Positions 38,501 to 48,515 of a stretch of DNA of 64,000 nt are shown here, one piece after another. A model generated the notes under the pieces. It was given only the letters and a program-made list of their open reading frames with translations, had not been told where the DNA came from and made no database searches. The stretch is from Calditrichia bacterium (GTDB taxonomy: Bacteria > Calditrichota > Calditrichia > JAJRVZ01): positions 128,001 through 192,000 of the forward strand of contig CAVZSQ010000013.1 of NCBI GenBank assembly GCA_963777955.1. The letters run 5' to 3'. Each line of letters begins with the position of its first letter. The first letter of the stretch is position 1. Position numbers and translations under genes: made by a program.

Positions 38501-39212
38501 TTCGACATTGGCCGCACTTATATTCAATCCCTCTCCAGCCTGGGCCAGCGTAAGATCACCGGTTACCCGTAAATCCGCACCCGTCCCCGCGGTGACTTCA
38601 TTGACTACGAATTCACCGTCATTGATGGCCAGGTTACCGCTGATCAGGATATGCGTACCACCGGCGCCGGCAGTATTGGAAAGGGCATTATCGGTCGATG
38701 TTTTATTTAAAGAGACATTATAGAATGTGTCCGCTTGTGCTGTGGTATTATTATCAATAGTGGCATCGGTCGCACCGCTGAAAACCACAGTCGAAGAATT
38801 CTCCACAAAGGTACCGCTGTTGCTCCAGTTGCCCTGGATATAGAGCATGGCTGTTCCGGCCAGTTCAAACCGGTCAGCCGAATTAATCGTGACTGCACCG
38901 TTAACATTAAGTGTATTACCGCTCTGCACGATTAAAGTATCGGCATTCCCGCCGCCCCCCAGAATAAGGCTGGCGCAATTACCAGTGTTGTTCAGCACTA
39001 CCCGCGCTCCGGTATTGATAGTTACATCATTGCTGGTGGTGGGTTCGGCATCGCCACTCCAGTTCGTCGGCGTGGTCCACAAATTATCACCCGCCGCCGC
39101 CATCCCAGCTAATCGCCTGGGCGAAACTATTACTGAATCCTAGCAATGAAAAAACAAGTATTAGGAACAGTAAATGCACGGATTTTTTTCTAAATGAAGT
39201 AACTGTATTCAT
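23585..39212 (-). CDS. Giant (~5,200 aa) repetitive T9SS-secreted surface protein or adhesin, split into ~9 ORF fragments by frameshifts
   Basis: SD AGAGGAG; ATG at 39212 with signal peptide MNTVTSFRKKSVHLLFLILVFSLLGFSNSFA-Q; seven W(T/A/D)G...W....NW module starts; G/T/N/S-rich beta-solenoid repeats (V.GNW.N.GTF....TV.FDG; FYNL.INK); LPVQLIAF..WTTASE; C-terminal LSQNYPNPFN..WNG.N..G..VASGMY..TMLVK. Confidence 0.88.
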
Positions 39213-39460
39213 GGAGTTTACTCCTCTATAATTTTCAAATTGAAAATCTTTTAATTTTATTGATTTATTTTAAAAAGATATACCTCTGCCTTTCAATTTT
39301 GATACAATCAAAAATTGATCATAACATCATACCTGTGACAGAAATACAAAAAATAACAGAATTAATCCATTGATTACAATAAACTTAATAATCATTTGAT
39401 AGTTTTGCAAACATTCTTTTCTATGTGTGAGATATTTACAAAAGAAACAAATCTGACTTC

Positions 39461-39494
39461 TAAAAATAAAAAAGTCAGGTTTTACCCTGACTTT
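39461..39494 (-). terminator. Probable intrinsic terminator after the 1,630-aa cargo gene
   Basis: Minus strand AAAGTCAGG-GTAAAA-CCTGACTTT followed by TTATTTTT. Confidence 0.7.
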
Positions 39495-39577
39495 AAAATA
39501 AAAACATTATCGGCTGGTCGCGGTGATATTTGTCAAATTAGCATATATTTAATGATAATTTCCAGATCCTATCCAGG

Positions 39578-42500
39578 TTACCTGACTAAAACCATCTTCT
39601 GAGTTTTAGTAAATGTCTGTTTTCCATCACTGGATTTCATACTGATATTGTAAAAATAAAGTCCGCTGCTCACCGGCAGGCCGTTTCTATTCTGGCCGTT
39701 CCATTCAATGGCATAGTTGCCTGATTTCTGAGTTGCATTTACCAGCGTAAGTATTTCCTGCCCCAGGATGTTAAAAATTTTCAATTGCACGGTGGAATTA
39801 ACCGGCAGAGTGTAACGTATCGTGGTGGCGGGATTGAAAGGATTGGGATAATTCTGCGCCAGATCATAATGAAGGGTCGTGGTCACTTCCACCAGAACAA
39901 CCTGGTGATATGTTGTCAATCCGTTGTATGACACATCAGCCAGACGGTAGGCGTATATTTGCCCGCTCTGTACCAGCGAATCAACCAGCATATAATCGGT
40001 CCGCTGCGAAGTGCTGCCCTGGCCGTTCAGTTGATTTAAACTGCTGAAAGCCATACTGGTATTGGTAACTTTCAGTGTGCCCTTGTTTATCTGTTCAAAC
40101 TCGTCTCTGGTTATTTCTTTTCTTTCAATAATCCAATAGGCATTTTCAATTTCACTCTGGGTAGTCCATTTTAACACCACCCGCCCGTTATTATTTTCCG
40201 CGGTGAATGCGGTCAAACGCACTGGTAGTGATAAATCATAACCGACCACTCCGGTTTCAACGCTGGTGTAAGCAGCATAGGTAAGAGGTGTGATGTATGA
40301 AGCATTTCGTAAACCGGCTGTTTCATCGATCACTACTGTTACATTGGTATTATTACCGATGGTAACACTGGTCGGTACGGTAATGATCAGGGTATCCGGA
40401 TTGGTCAGCGTACCTGTTCTTAAGACCAGGGCATTGGCAGCCGTGGAATTGACGGTAACTTTCGAAGTAGTCGGAACTCCCTGGGTAAAAGTGGCATTAT
40501 CCGGAATTAACAGGGTGATGGTGCTGACACCGGAAACCAGGCGTCCGCGTGATCCGGTGGTGAAAGTCCATTGATACAAGACCAATAGAATTTGCAGTCA
40601 GTGGTGCGATTGTTACAGTAAGATTGGATATTACCGTTGTGGTCGGTTGCAAAGTATAAACAGCCGATGTTCCATCCAGAGGCTGGCTGCTGGTGCGTAC
40701 ATCCAGAGTATAACTGCCATAGATAGATGGATTCTCGATACCGGCCCCGATCAGGAAACGAACCCGCACATAATCATTTATAGCGATTGCGTTGGGAACG
40801 GTTATTCTTACTGCCCGGGTCGAAGAATTAGGCAATACCGCAGTGCCATTGGTCCAGTTCGTCGGATTTGCTGTTGCACCGTTGGCTACCTGTACATTAC
40901 TTACCGCCATTGTTGGAGGAATATACGTATTGAATGGGAAAGTGATAGTAATCGTTCCCGTGGCTGCAACCAGAGCAACCTGTACCCGAAAATTAACAGT
41001 ATCGGCCGAGACAGCATTGACGATATTAGGTGACAAGTTTACAGTAATATTGGTCACCGCCGCAACATTGGTAATTACATAGGTGTTGGATGTGATATTA
41101 GTTGTCTCAACACTGGTCCTGACCTGTAGTGTGTAATTTCCATTGCTGGCCGGATTGGTAATCGGTTTGGGAGTACCGCTGCGGTTTAAAATGACCGATA
41201 CATTATCATTATTATCAACGGATACCGCGGCCGGAACGGTGAAGGTCAGGGCCTGGCCGCTGATGGAAATATTTGCTGTCGGTATTAATGTAGATACACC
41301 ATCGACCACAATATAAGAACTGTCATAGTTTGCCGCCGTGGCACTTATCGTGGTGCTGCTGTTAAAAGTAATGGTGATAGTACTGATACCGGCACGCAGG
41401 CGTCCGTTGGTTCCGGCATTGAAATTGATCGTATACCCTGATGTAACCGCAGGATTGGGATTAGCCGGTGTTACATCCGCAGCCGAAACGGTACTGGTGG
41501 TTTGAACAATATAATAATCAGGTGAAGTAAATGGACCCGCTTCACTTTGGGTATATAATTGAAGAGTATATGCCTGCACGGCAGTAGGATTCAAAATACC
41601 GGCAGTCTGATTGATAAGAATGGTTACATTAGCCAGATTATTAATTGCCACCGGTGTGTTTATAGTCAGTGTGTTTCCTGCTACAGTCGGACTGGTGGTC
41701 GGATTGGTTCCATTCACCGTTAGATCGGTGCGGCTAAAGGTTGCAGGGAATAAACGTATTTATCGGAAAAATAATAGAGATTGAATGTCCGATTGATAAC
41801 GCACCCGCTGATCCGGTTAGAAATCTGATCGAATAACTGGCGCTGGCATTCTGGGTTGCAGGTGTCGGAGTAACAGAAGTAATTGATAAATTCTGTGCTG
41901 CAGTCAGAGTATAATTACCGGTGACATTGGCGGTATCCGAAGACGTCTTTACTCCGATAGTATAAGTTTGAGCAGTGGCTCCGTTATTAAGATGGGCACT
42001 GGTATCAAACGCCACGCTGACAGCAGTGCTATTACCAACAGTAAGTCCGTTTGGCATCGAAATCCTTACTACCCCCCCAGACCCGCTGGTCAGTACATTA
42101 ACGGTACCACTGACAATGGAATTTACTTTCACCGCACCTGCAGTGATAGATGCCGGAATTGTAGTTCCTGTATCAAAATCAAGAGTAATGGTACTGGAAC
42201 CGGCCGGCGTACCCCCGCTGATTTTACCGGTGGCAGAAGTAGTGAAATTAACCGTATATGCCGCGTGCTGATAATTGATCACTGCCGGGTTTGCTGTCGC
42301 CGAGACACCGGAGGCCTGTGTGTTGGCTCCGGTAATTGAATAGGCACTGGATGTCACCAGGGCAATATCCTGGCTGGTATTCATGATTACTTTATAATAA
42401 GTAGTACTGGGCACCGGCGGATTGACGACATTGGCCGTACTGGCTATAATCATACTGAAAGTACCGGCATTGATATTACCGGTTACTACCGCGGTCACCA

Positions 42501-44467
42501 TCCGCGATTCCTGATTAACCGTCACCGAGTAAGCAACCGAACCGGCGATTACCACATCAGCTGTGGAAATGGTGGCCGGCAGTACTGTACCAATCGGGAA
42601 GGTCACACGAATATTATCACTGCGATTGTTGCGCAGCTGGTTCTGCGTGGTAATATTGAAAGTATATTGTGCAGCTGTATTTACATTAGAAGTGGAGAGC
42701 GTGACTGAATTGATAACAATGGCTGCTCCACCGATTGAGTATGTTTCCGAATTAACTTTGGTGGCTTCGACGCTGGTCTGTACACCAAGTACATAATTTC
42801 CGGATGAATTGGGATTGGTGATAGGATCGGTAGTCGTGCCGGCCAGAATTACACTTATGGCATTACCATTACTTGTTATCACGGAAGATGGAACAGTTAT
42901 TACCACCGTTTTAGTTGTATTATTAGGAGAAATATTTGCTGTAGGAATACTTACGTAACTCCCGCTACCCACTGCAATTTGCGAATTATTATAATTACTC
43001 ATGGTGGTACTGATCGTATAAGCATTATCAAAGGTGAAGGTAATCGTACTTTCACCGCCGAGTAATCTACCCAACCGGCCCAAATTAAAATTAACGGTAT
43101 AGTTGGTAACTATTGCCGGATTACGATTAGCCATGTTCACTATAGCTTTTGATACTGTAGAAGTTGTATTGAACACGGAGAATGGATTCGATTCCACCGC
43201 AGATGTATCCTGTGATGTTTTTAACCGTATTTTATAATTACCGGCAATGGATGGATTCTGGTAACCCGCTGACGTTCCGAAAGACAGCGTAACATTCGCG
43301 GAATTACTGATATTGATAGGTGTAATGATCATTACCGTATCTTCATCAGCCGTGCTGGTTTTAAACACCTGCACCGATGAGGCATTATCACTATACCCCC
43401 CGCTGGTTACCGATACGGCCGAGGCGGACATATTAGCCGGTAAATAAGTATTCTGGGAAAACATTACAAACAATGTGTCACTGTTGGCGGTTAGCGCACC
43501 AGTGGAACTGGTCCTGAAATCAAATTTAAATTCCCCGCTCTGGTTAACTGTATCCGGACGGGTGGTGATAGCTGAGATGGATAATTGTCCGGCCGGGGAG
43601 ATATTATAGGCATCGGAGGTAACCCAGGTAATTTCAGAACTGGTTCGTATGCTAAGTGTATAACTTCCGGCGGTGCCCGGATTCTGTATTCCGGATCCTA
43701 AGGCAAAGGTCACCTGCACAGATCCGTTATTATCTATGTTGACGGGCGTAGTGACAGTAATTGTATCCTGGTTAGCTGAAGCGGTTGCCGAAGTACCATT
43801 GACCTGAACTCCGGATAATGCGCCGGTCGGAATAGTTGTTGCCGTTGGAAATGCAATGACAATGGTACCTTCGTTAGCTGTTAATGATCCGCTCGATCCC
43901 ACATAAAAACCGAGAGTATAAGATGCAGCTTCTGTCGCCAGCGAAGGATTGGGTGTCACGGCAGCCGGTGTTACGGTTGAAGTGGCAGTTGTAATGAGAT
44001 AAGTCGCCGAGGTAACCAGAGGAATGTCCTGATTCTTGCTGGTTGCCATCTGCAGGGTATAGTTGCCGGCCGTAGGCTGGATTTTTAATCTTGGCCGCAG
44101 CATCAATCACTACCGTAAAGGGACCGCCATTCTTGGCGATATTAACCGGAGTCAGAATAGCCACACGCTGGCCGGAAATACTCACCACGCTCACAGTTGT
44201 GTTATTGACCGTTACCAATGACGCTGCAAAATTATTGGGTACGGTTGTACTGGCATTAAAAACAACGATAATACTATCCACGTTGGCATCCAGATTGGTA
44301 TCGCCATTACCGGTTGAGGAGGAAATAGTATATTTTGCCCAGGTGTTGGTCTGGTTCGGCGTTACCGTCACCGTCGGTTGACTGATATTAGCCAGTACCG
44401 GAGTACCTGTTGCTATGAGCAGAACTATTAAACAAAATCTGATCATAATGGTATCAATAAATTTCAA
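39578..44467 (-). CDS. Large (~1,630 aa) T9SS cargo protein with ten tandem Ig-like beta-sandwich repeats; four frameshifted pieces
   Basis: Signal peptide ending PVLA; ten ~125-145 aa units ending NP..aG.YtL.v.TS; LPVRLTAF..WTTQSE; C-terminal LAQNYPNPFNP..WNG...SSGLYF..KMVLVR. Confidence 0.88.
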
Positions 44468-44763
44468 AATATAATTTCCCCCATATTTTATTTCTAACTT
44501 CCAGATCCATAAATCTTTAAGTCCATTTAATATTAACTATTTAAGTATCGTATGTAAATTCTTTAATATAAGTATATTTTATAACTCCGGTCAATTTCTT
44601 TTTAATCCTTTTTCTATAAATAAAGTATATAATTTTACTCAAGTTAACAAAATATTAAGTTGCCTATACATTTGATTGACCTGCTTTACGCTTATATAGA
44701 CTTAAAGCAAGTTAATAATAATATTTACTTGAAATTGTGATCCCGGTCAAAATCAGGGTAAAA

Positions 44764-45471
44764 CTATACATTATGTAAATCTAAATGTTTGGCTAAATCT
44801 GTTAAACTTCCTGTATAATCCACTTCTGCACAATGGATATTCTGCGTCTGATCGGACAGGTAAAAAGATTTAATCCCGGCCTGTTTAGAGGCCATATCAG
44901 TATGCAACTCATTTCCAACCATCAGGCATTGTTCCGGTTGTATATGCAGTATTTTCAGTATCTCTTCAAAATATGACCGGGAAGGTTTACAGGCATGCAT
45001 GTTTTCAATGTGCGTAATTAACTCAAAGGGGAGGTCGTTCAGATCAGCCCATTGCAGTCGCTGCCGGATTGCCACCAGTGGAAATACCGGTTGGGTGGCC
45101 AGTACCAATTTATATTTTTTGGCCACTGCTGCCTCAAGTACTGCCCGGGCAGCCGTTACAGATTTGGTCAAACCAATTAATGTTCCAAAGTCGGTCTGAT
45201 AAAAATTCAGAAAACGCTGCCATACCAGGGCTTCAGGCAATCCTGACCGGGCCGAAAAAAATTCCAGAAAAATTTCTGAGTTGAGACGTTCACCATTATT
45301 TCGCAGCATTAAATCGGTTCCCTGCAAAATCCAGGCAGGGATATGCTGTGGTTCGCGCACATCGGCAAAATGATTTTTGATCATACTTAAATACTGATCG
45401 ATAAATTCATTCATATTAAAATGAAGCAGAGTCCCATCCAGGTCAAAGAGTAAATAGTTGATTTCAGTCAT
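44764..45471 (-). CDS. HAD-family hydrolase
   Basis: LFDLDGTLL motif I; LATQP; CKP; LMVGN...DM. Confidence 0.9.
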   Translation of the reverse strand: MTEINYLLFDLDGTLLHFNMNEFIDQYLSMIKNHFADVREPQHIPAWILQGTDLMLRNNGERLNSEIFLEFFSARSGLPEALVWQRFLNFYQTDFGTLIGLTKSVTAARAVLEAAVAKKYKLVLATQPVFPLVAIRQRLQWADLNDLPFELITHIENMHACKPSRSYFEEILKILHIQPEQCLMVGNELHTDMASKQAGIKSFYLSDQTQNIHCAEVDYTGSLTDLAKHLDLHNV

Positions 45472-45492
45472 AGTTTTATTTAAAATTTAAAT

Positions 45493-45541
45493 AGATTCCT
45501 CGCCCTGATCCGGCAACTGCCGGACAGGACTCGAAATGACA
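45493..45541. repeat. REP-like half element carrying a CCTG..CCGGC/GCCGGACAGG palindrome
   Basis: AGATTCCTCGC-CCTGATCCGGCAACTGCCGGACAGG-ACTCGAAATGACA. Confidence 0.6.
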
Positions 45542-45570
45542 TGATTTGAATTTTAACAAGACTTTATTCA

Positions 45571-46839
45571 TTATCTTCTCGCTTGGTATTCGCCAAGTTT
45601 CTGTTGTAAGAACCGCTCGAGTTGTTCCGCCTGGTTACGGCGATCATACTGCTCAATATTATTAAAAGTGAACTTGTTCTGCCGGTTATAAATTTCCAGC
45701 AAGGCCCGGGTAACTGTCTCAACCCGCCTGCCGGAACAGATAACGCCGCTTCCGGTTTCCCTGATGATGCGCGCTGCTTCACCCCCGGCCGGGACAATGG
45801 CCAGGATCGGTTTTCTCAAACGTAAATATTCATATAATTTTCCGCCTGCCGTCTTATCGGCATTTTTCTTCCGTTCATCCAGAATCAAGACAAAGGCATT
45901 CATGGCCTGCAGTATCTTTAAACATTCCCGGTGGTCCTGATAGCCCCAACTATGAAACTGATCCTGCAGGTTGTAACTCCGGGCCAGTTTGGCGACATCG
46001 TACACGCTGCTGCCCAGATGGTGAAAATGTATCCTGATTCCCTGCTCTTTTAGACGGCTCAGAGCTGCGAACAGGATAGCAGGGTTATTTAAATGCGAAT
46101 AGAACGACCCGGAAAAAGCGATATGGCAATCACCGGGAAAGGGCAAGGTACATTCAGGCAAATTGGTAAAATCTTCTTCATCATAACCATTGGGTAACAA
46201 TAAGACATTGTCCGGATTGAATTGCGGTATATTTTTTTTAAAATGATCGATGGTGGACTGGTAGGCCGAGATAAAAAGATGCAGAGCGGATATCGCCTGC
46301 CGTTCTCTTCTTTTATCCAGCAGTGCATGAAGCGGAGTCGGATAAATTTTATAGGGATTGATCGTCCACGGATCACGCAGGTCCAGGCAGACCGGGACAT
46401 TTTGAGTGGTTGAGCAGGCAGCCGCTAACAGGGCCAGTGAATAAGGGGGCAGGCTGAAAATCAGCAAATCATATTTCGCCTGCTGCAATTGTTCCCGGAT
46501 ACTCGCGCTGGCCGCTTTATTCCAGCCGATCCGGCTATCGGTGACATAATAACAGGCACTCAGCCAGCGCATGGCATATGACTGGGTCAAGCGCGAGCGC
46601 CAGCGGTTTTTCCAATCCAGGTGTTTTTCAGACAATCCGGTATGTATGATTTTTGTTTCAGCCGGCAGTTCGGTTAAAAATGAAGGATCCTGCGGATTGG
46701 TTTTTTCAACCGGGGCAGCAATAACGGTAAAACTCCAGTTTAATTGTCGCAGATATTTTATTAGTTTTACCCAGCGCTGTACGCCACCCCCGCCGGCCGG
46801 GGGAAAATAATATGTTACAATTAATCCATGCCTAGCCAA
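45571..46839 (-). CDS. GT-B (GT4-like) glycosyltransferase
   Basis: VTYYFPPAGGGGVQRWVK; DLRDPW; PNGYDEEDF; GKLYEYL...KPIL. Confidence 0.9.
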   Translation of the reverse strand: MARHGLIVTYYFPPAGGGGVQRWVKLIKYLRQLNWSFTVIAAPVEKTNPQDPSFLTELPAETKIIHTGLSEKHLDWKNRWRSRLTQSYAMRWLSACYYVTDSRIGWNKAASASIREQLQQAKYDLLIFSLPPYSLALLAAACSTTQNVPVCLDLRDPWTINPYKIYPTPLHALLDKRRERQAISALHLFISAYQSTIDHFKKNIPQFNPDNVLLLPNGYDEEDFTNLPECTLPFPGDCHIAFSGSFYSHLNNPAILFAALSRLKEQGIRIHFHHLGSSVYDVAKLARSYNLQDQFHSWGYQDHRECLKILQAMNAFVLILDERKKNADKTAGGKLYEYLRLRKPILAIVPAGGEAARIIRETGSGVICSGRRVETVTRALLEIYNRQNKFTFNNIEQYDRRNQAEQLERFLQQKLGEYQARR

Positions 46840-47472
46840 GATTGCTTTTCCATTTCCCTGATGTAAGTCACCAGCATCGCCACATCTTCCTCATTCTCCT
46901 CAAAATTCTTATTACGGGTATCAACGGTCAGCAAGCGTAATCCCGTCTCCCCTGCCTTGGCGGCCCATTCATCATAGGATTTGTTTAAATGTTCCAGGTA
47001 GGCAGGATCGATAGTCAGTTCAAAATCGCGGCCTCGCTTCAGAATGCTTGCCACCAGTTTTTCAACCGGAGCCTGCAGGTAAATAATCAGGTCCGGTTTA
47101 CGCAGGTATGCGCTCATGGTAGTGAAAAGCAGCCGGTAATTTTCATAATCCCGTTCGCCCAGACAGACTGCGTTCATACAAAGTCCTGGCAAATACCTCC
47201 ACATCTTCGTAAATGGACCGGTCCTGCAGGCAGGAATCCGGCCATTCGGCAATTTCCTGCTGTGCTTTGAAACGGTGAGCCAGAAAATAAATCTGCAGGT
47301 GAAAACTCCAGCGCGGCATATCATCATAAAACGAGGCCAGGTATGGATTATCGATCACCTTTTCGTAATAGGCGCGCCAGCCCAGGGTCTGACTCAGCAA
47401 GCGGGTTAACGTGGTTTTCCCGCAGCCGATATTTCCGGCTATGGCGATATGTAATTTGCGCTGATCACTCAA
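46821..47472 (-). CDS. Deoxynucleoside kinase (one frameshift near 47150)
   Basis: IAIAGNIGCGKTT; NPYL..FY.DM.RWSFHLQ; QDRSIYED; PDLIIYL; RGRDFE; TTG start after GGAGG. Confidence 0.92.
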
Positions 47473-47636
47473 AAGGGCCGCCTCCCTGTTAATATGCTCC
47501 TTTGCGTTACTGAAGTATACTGCCAGATCAAAGTCCATTCAACAATTTTTCTGAATTTAGCGGTACAAAAAACGATTATCAACTGAGTTTCTGACCGTAC
47601 CTCAATCAGGTCAAAGCCATGATCATTCCGGGATCG

Positions 47637-48515
47637 CTATTTAACAAGTTGTCTGATAATAAACGGAGCAATATCCAGCAGGGTCCGGAAAGACCCGGAT
47701 ATTTTTTTGGCCCAGATTCCCATAAATGCCGGATTACCGGTATGGGATTTAGTTCGCAGATCTTCGAGATTACCGTGATCACTCACTACAATTAAAAAGG
47801 TACGGTCGAAGTCCAGGTGCAGAACCACTTCACTGAGCAGGGTTTCCACCTTTTGCATCTCCTCGACGGCCTGAGTCATATTCTGTGCATGACCGGCGAT
47901 ATCGGTCAGGAAATATTCATACAGCAGCAGATCATACTGTCTGCTTTGCCCGCAAAGAATCTGTGCGGCCTGTTGAGCAGAAAAAAGCGGCAGATCGAAT
48001 CCTGATTTGATTAAACTCGCATTGGTAAAATCATGATAAATCGCCTCCCCTTTTCTGATTTGATCAAGAGTGGAAAACGGTAGGCAGGCGGCACGATTCA
48101 TTTCTGTGGTGACTGACATAGACATATGTGTGAAAAGTTGCGGGGTGGTAAAAAAAATAGGACGAAAGGCGTTAATAAAACGACAACTCAAACCTGCAGA
48201 TTTCAGTTTAATGAACAGGGAATCTGTGGTTAACAGGTGTCGCAGTACCTGGTTTGGAAAACCGAACAGATGCTTCCCGATTAATTGAGCGGCGTTTACT
48301 CCGGTATAAATTGCTGTCTGACCCGTCGCACTCTGCGGTAAACCTTTGGTAGCCAGCGCGGCGTCTAATAAAAATCTGCGGCCGCCGGCGAGCAGCCGGT
48401 CAGCGGTAGAATTAAAGATCCCGCTCCGAGCAAAGGAAAAAGGATTGAAGGCCGGATCAAGCGGACCAACCCCCACACCGTCCAGAAAAATCAGCAGGCA
48501 ATGCAATCTATTCAA
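47637..48515 (-). CDS. Alkaline-phosphatase/iPGM-superfamily metalloenzyme
   Basis: IFLDGVG; PQSATGQT; TDIAGH; VSDHGNLED; HTGNP. Confidence 0.85.
   Translation of the reverse strand: MNRLHCLLIFLDGVGVGPLDPAFNPFSFARSGIFNSTADRLLAGGRRFLLDAALATKGLPQSATGQTAIYTGVNAAQLIGKHLFGFPNQVLRHLLTTDSLFIKLKSAGLSCRFINAFRPIFFTTPQLFTHMSMSVTTEMNRAACLPFSTLDQIRKGEAIYHDFTNASLIKSGFDLPLFSAQQAAQILCGQSRQYDLLLYEYFLTDIAGHAQNMTQAVEEMQKVETLLSEVVLHLDFDRTFLIVVSDHGNLEDLRTKSHTGNPAFMGIWAKKISGSFRTLLDIAPFIIRQLVK

Noticed and set aside
23585..39212. Diversity-generating retroelement or recent tandem DNA duplication in the giant gene
   Set aside because: No reverse transcriptase is in the window, and the repeats are similar at protein level with no near-identical DNA pair that I could see
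23841..44381. Many plus-strand ORFs (e.g. 31450-32217, 25711-26271, 29013-29405) opposite the giant genes
   Set aside because: Antisense shadows of Gly/Thr/Asn/Val-rich coding sequence, giving Pro/Val/Leu-rich translations with no motifs
14049..44467. Programmed frameshifting, phase variation or pseudogene status for sprA and the cargo genes
   Set aside because: Similar shifts occur in priA, lptF, hutU and ppx, and I saw no shared slippery motif; sequencing error is simpler
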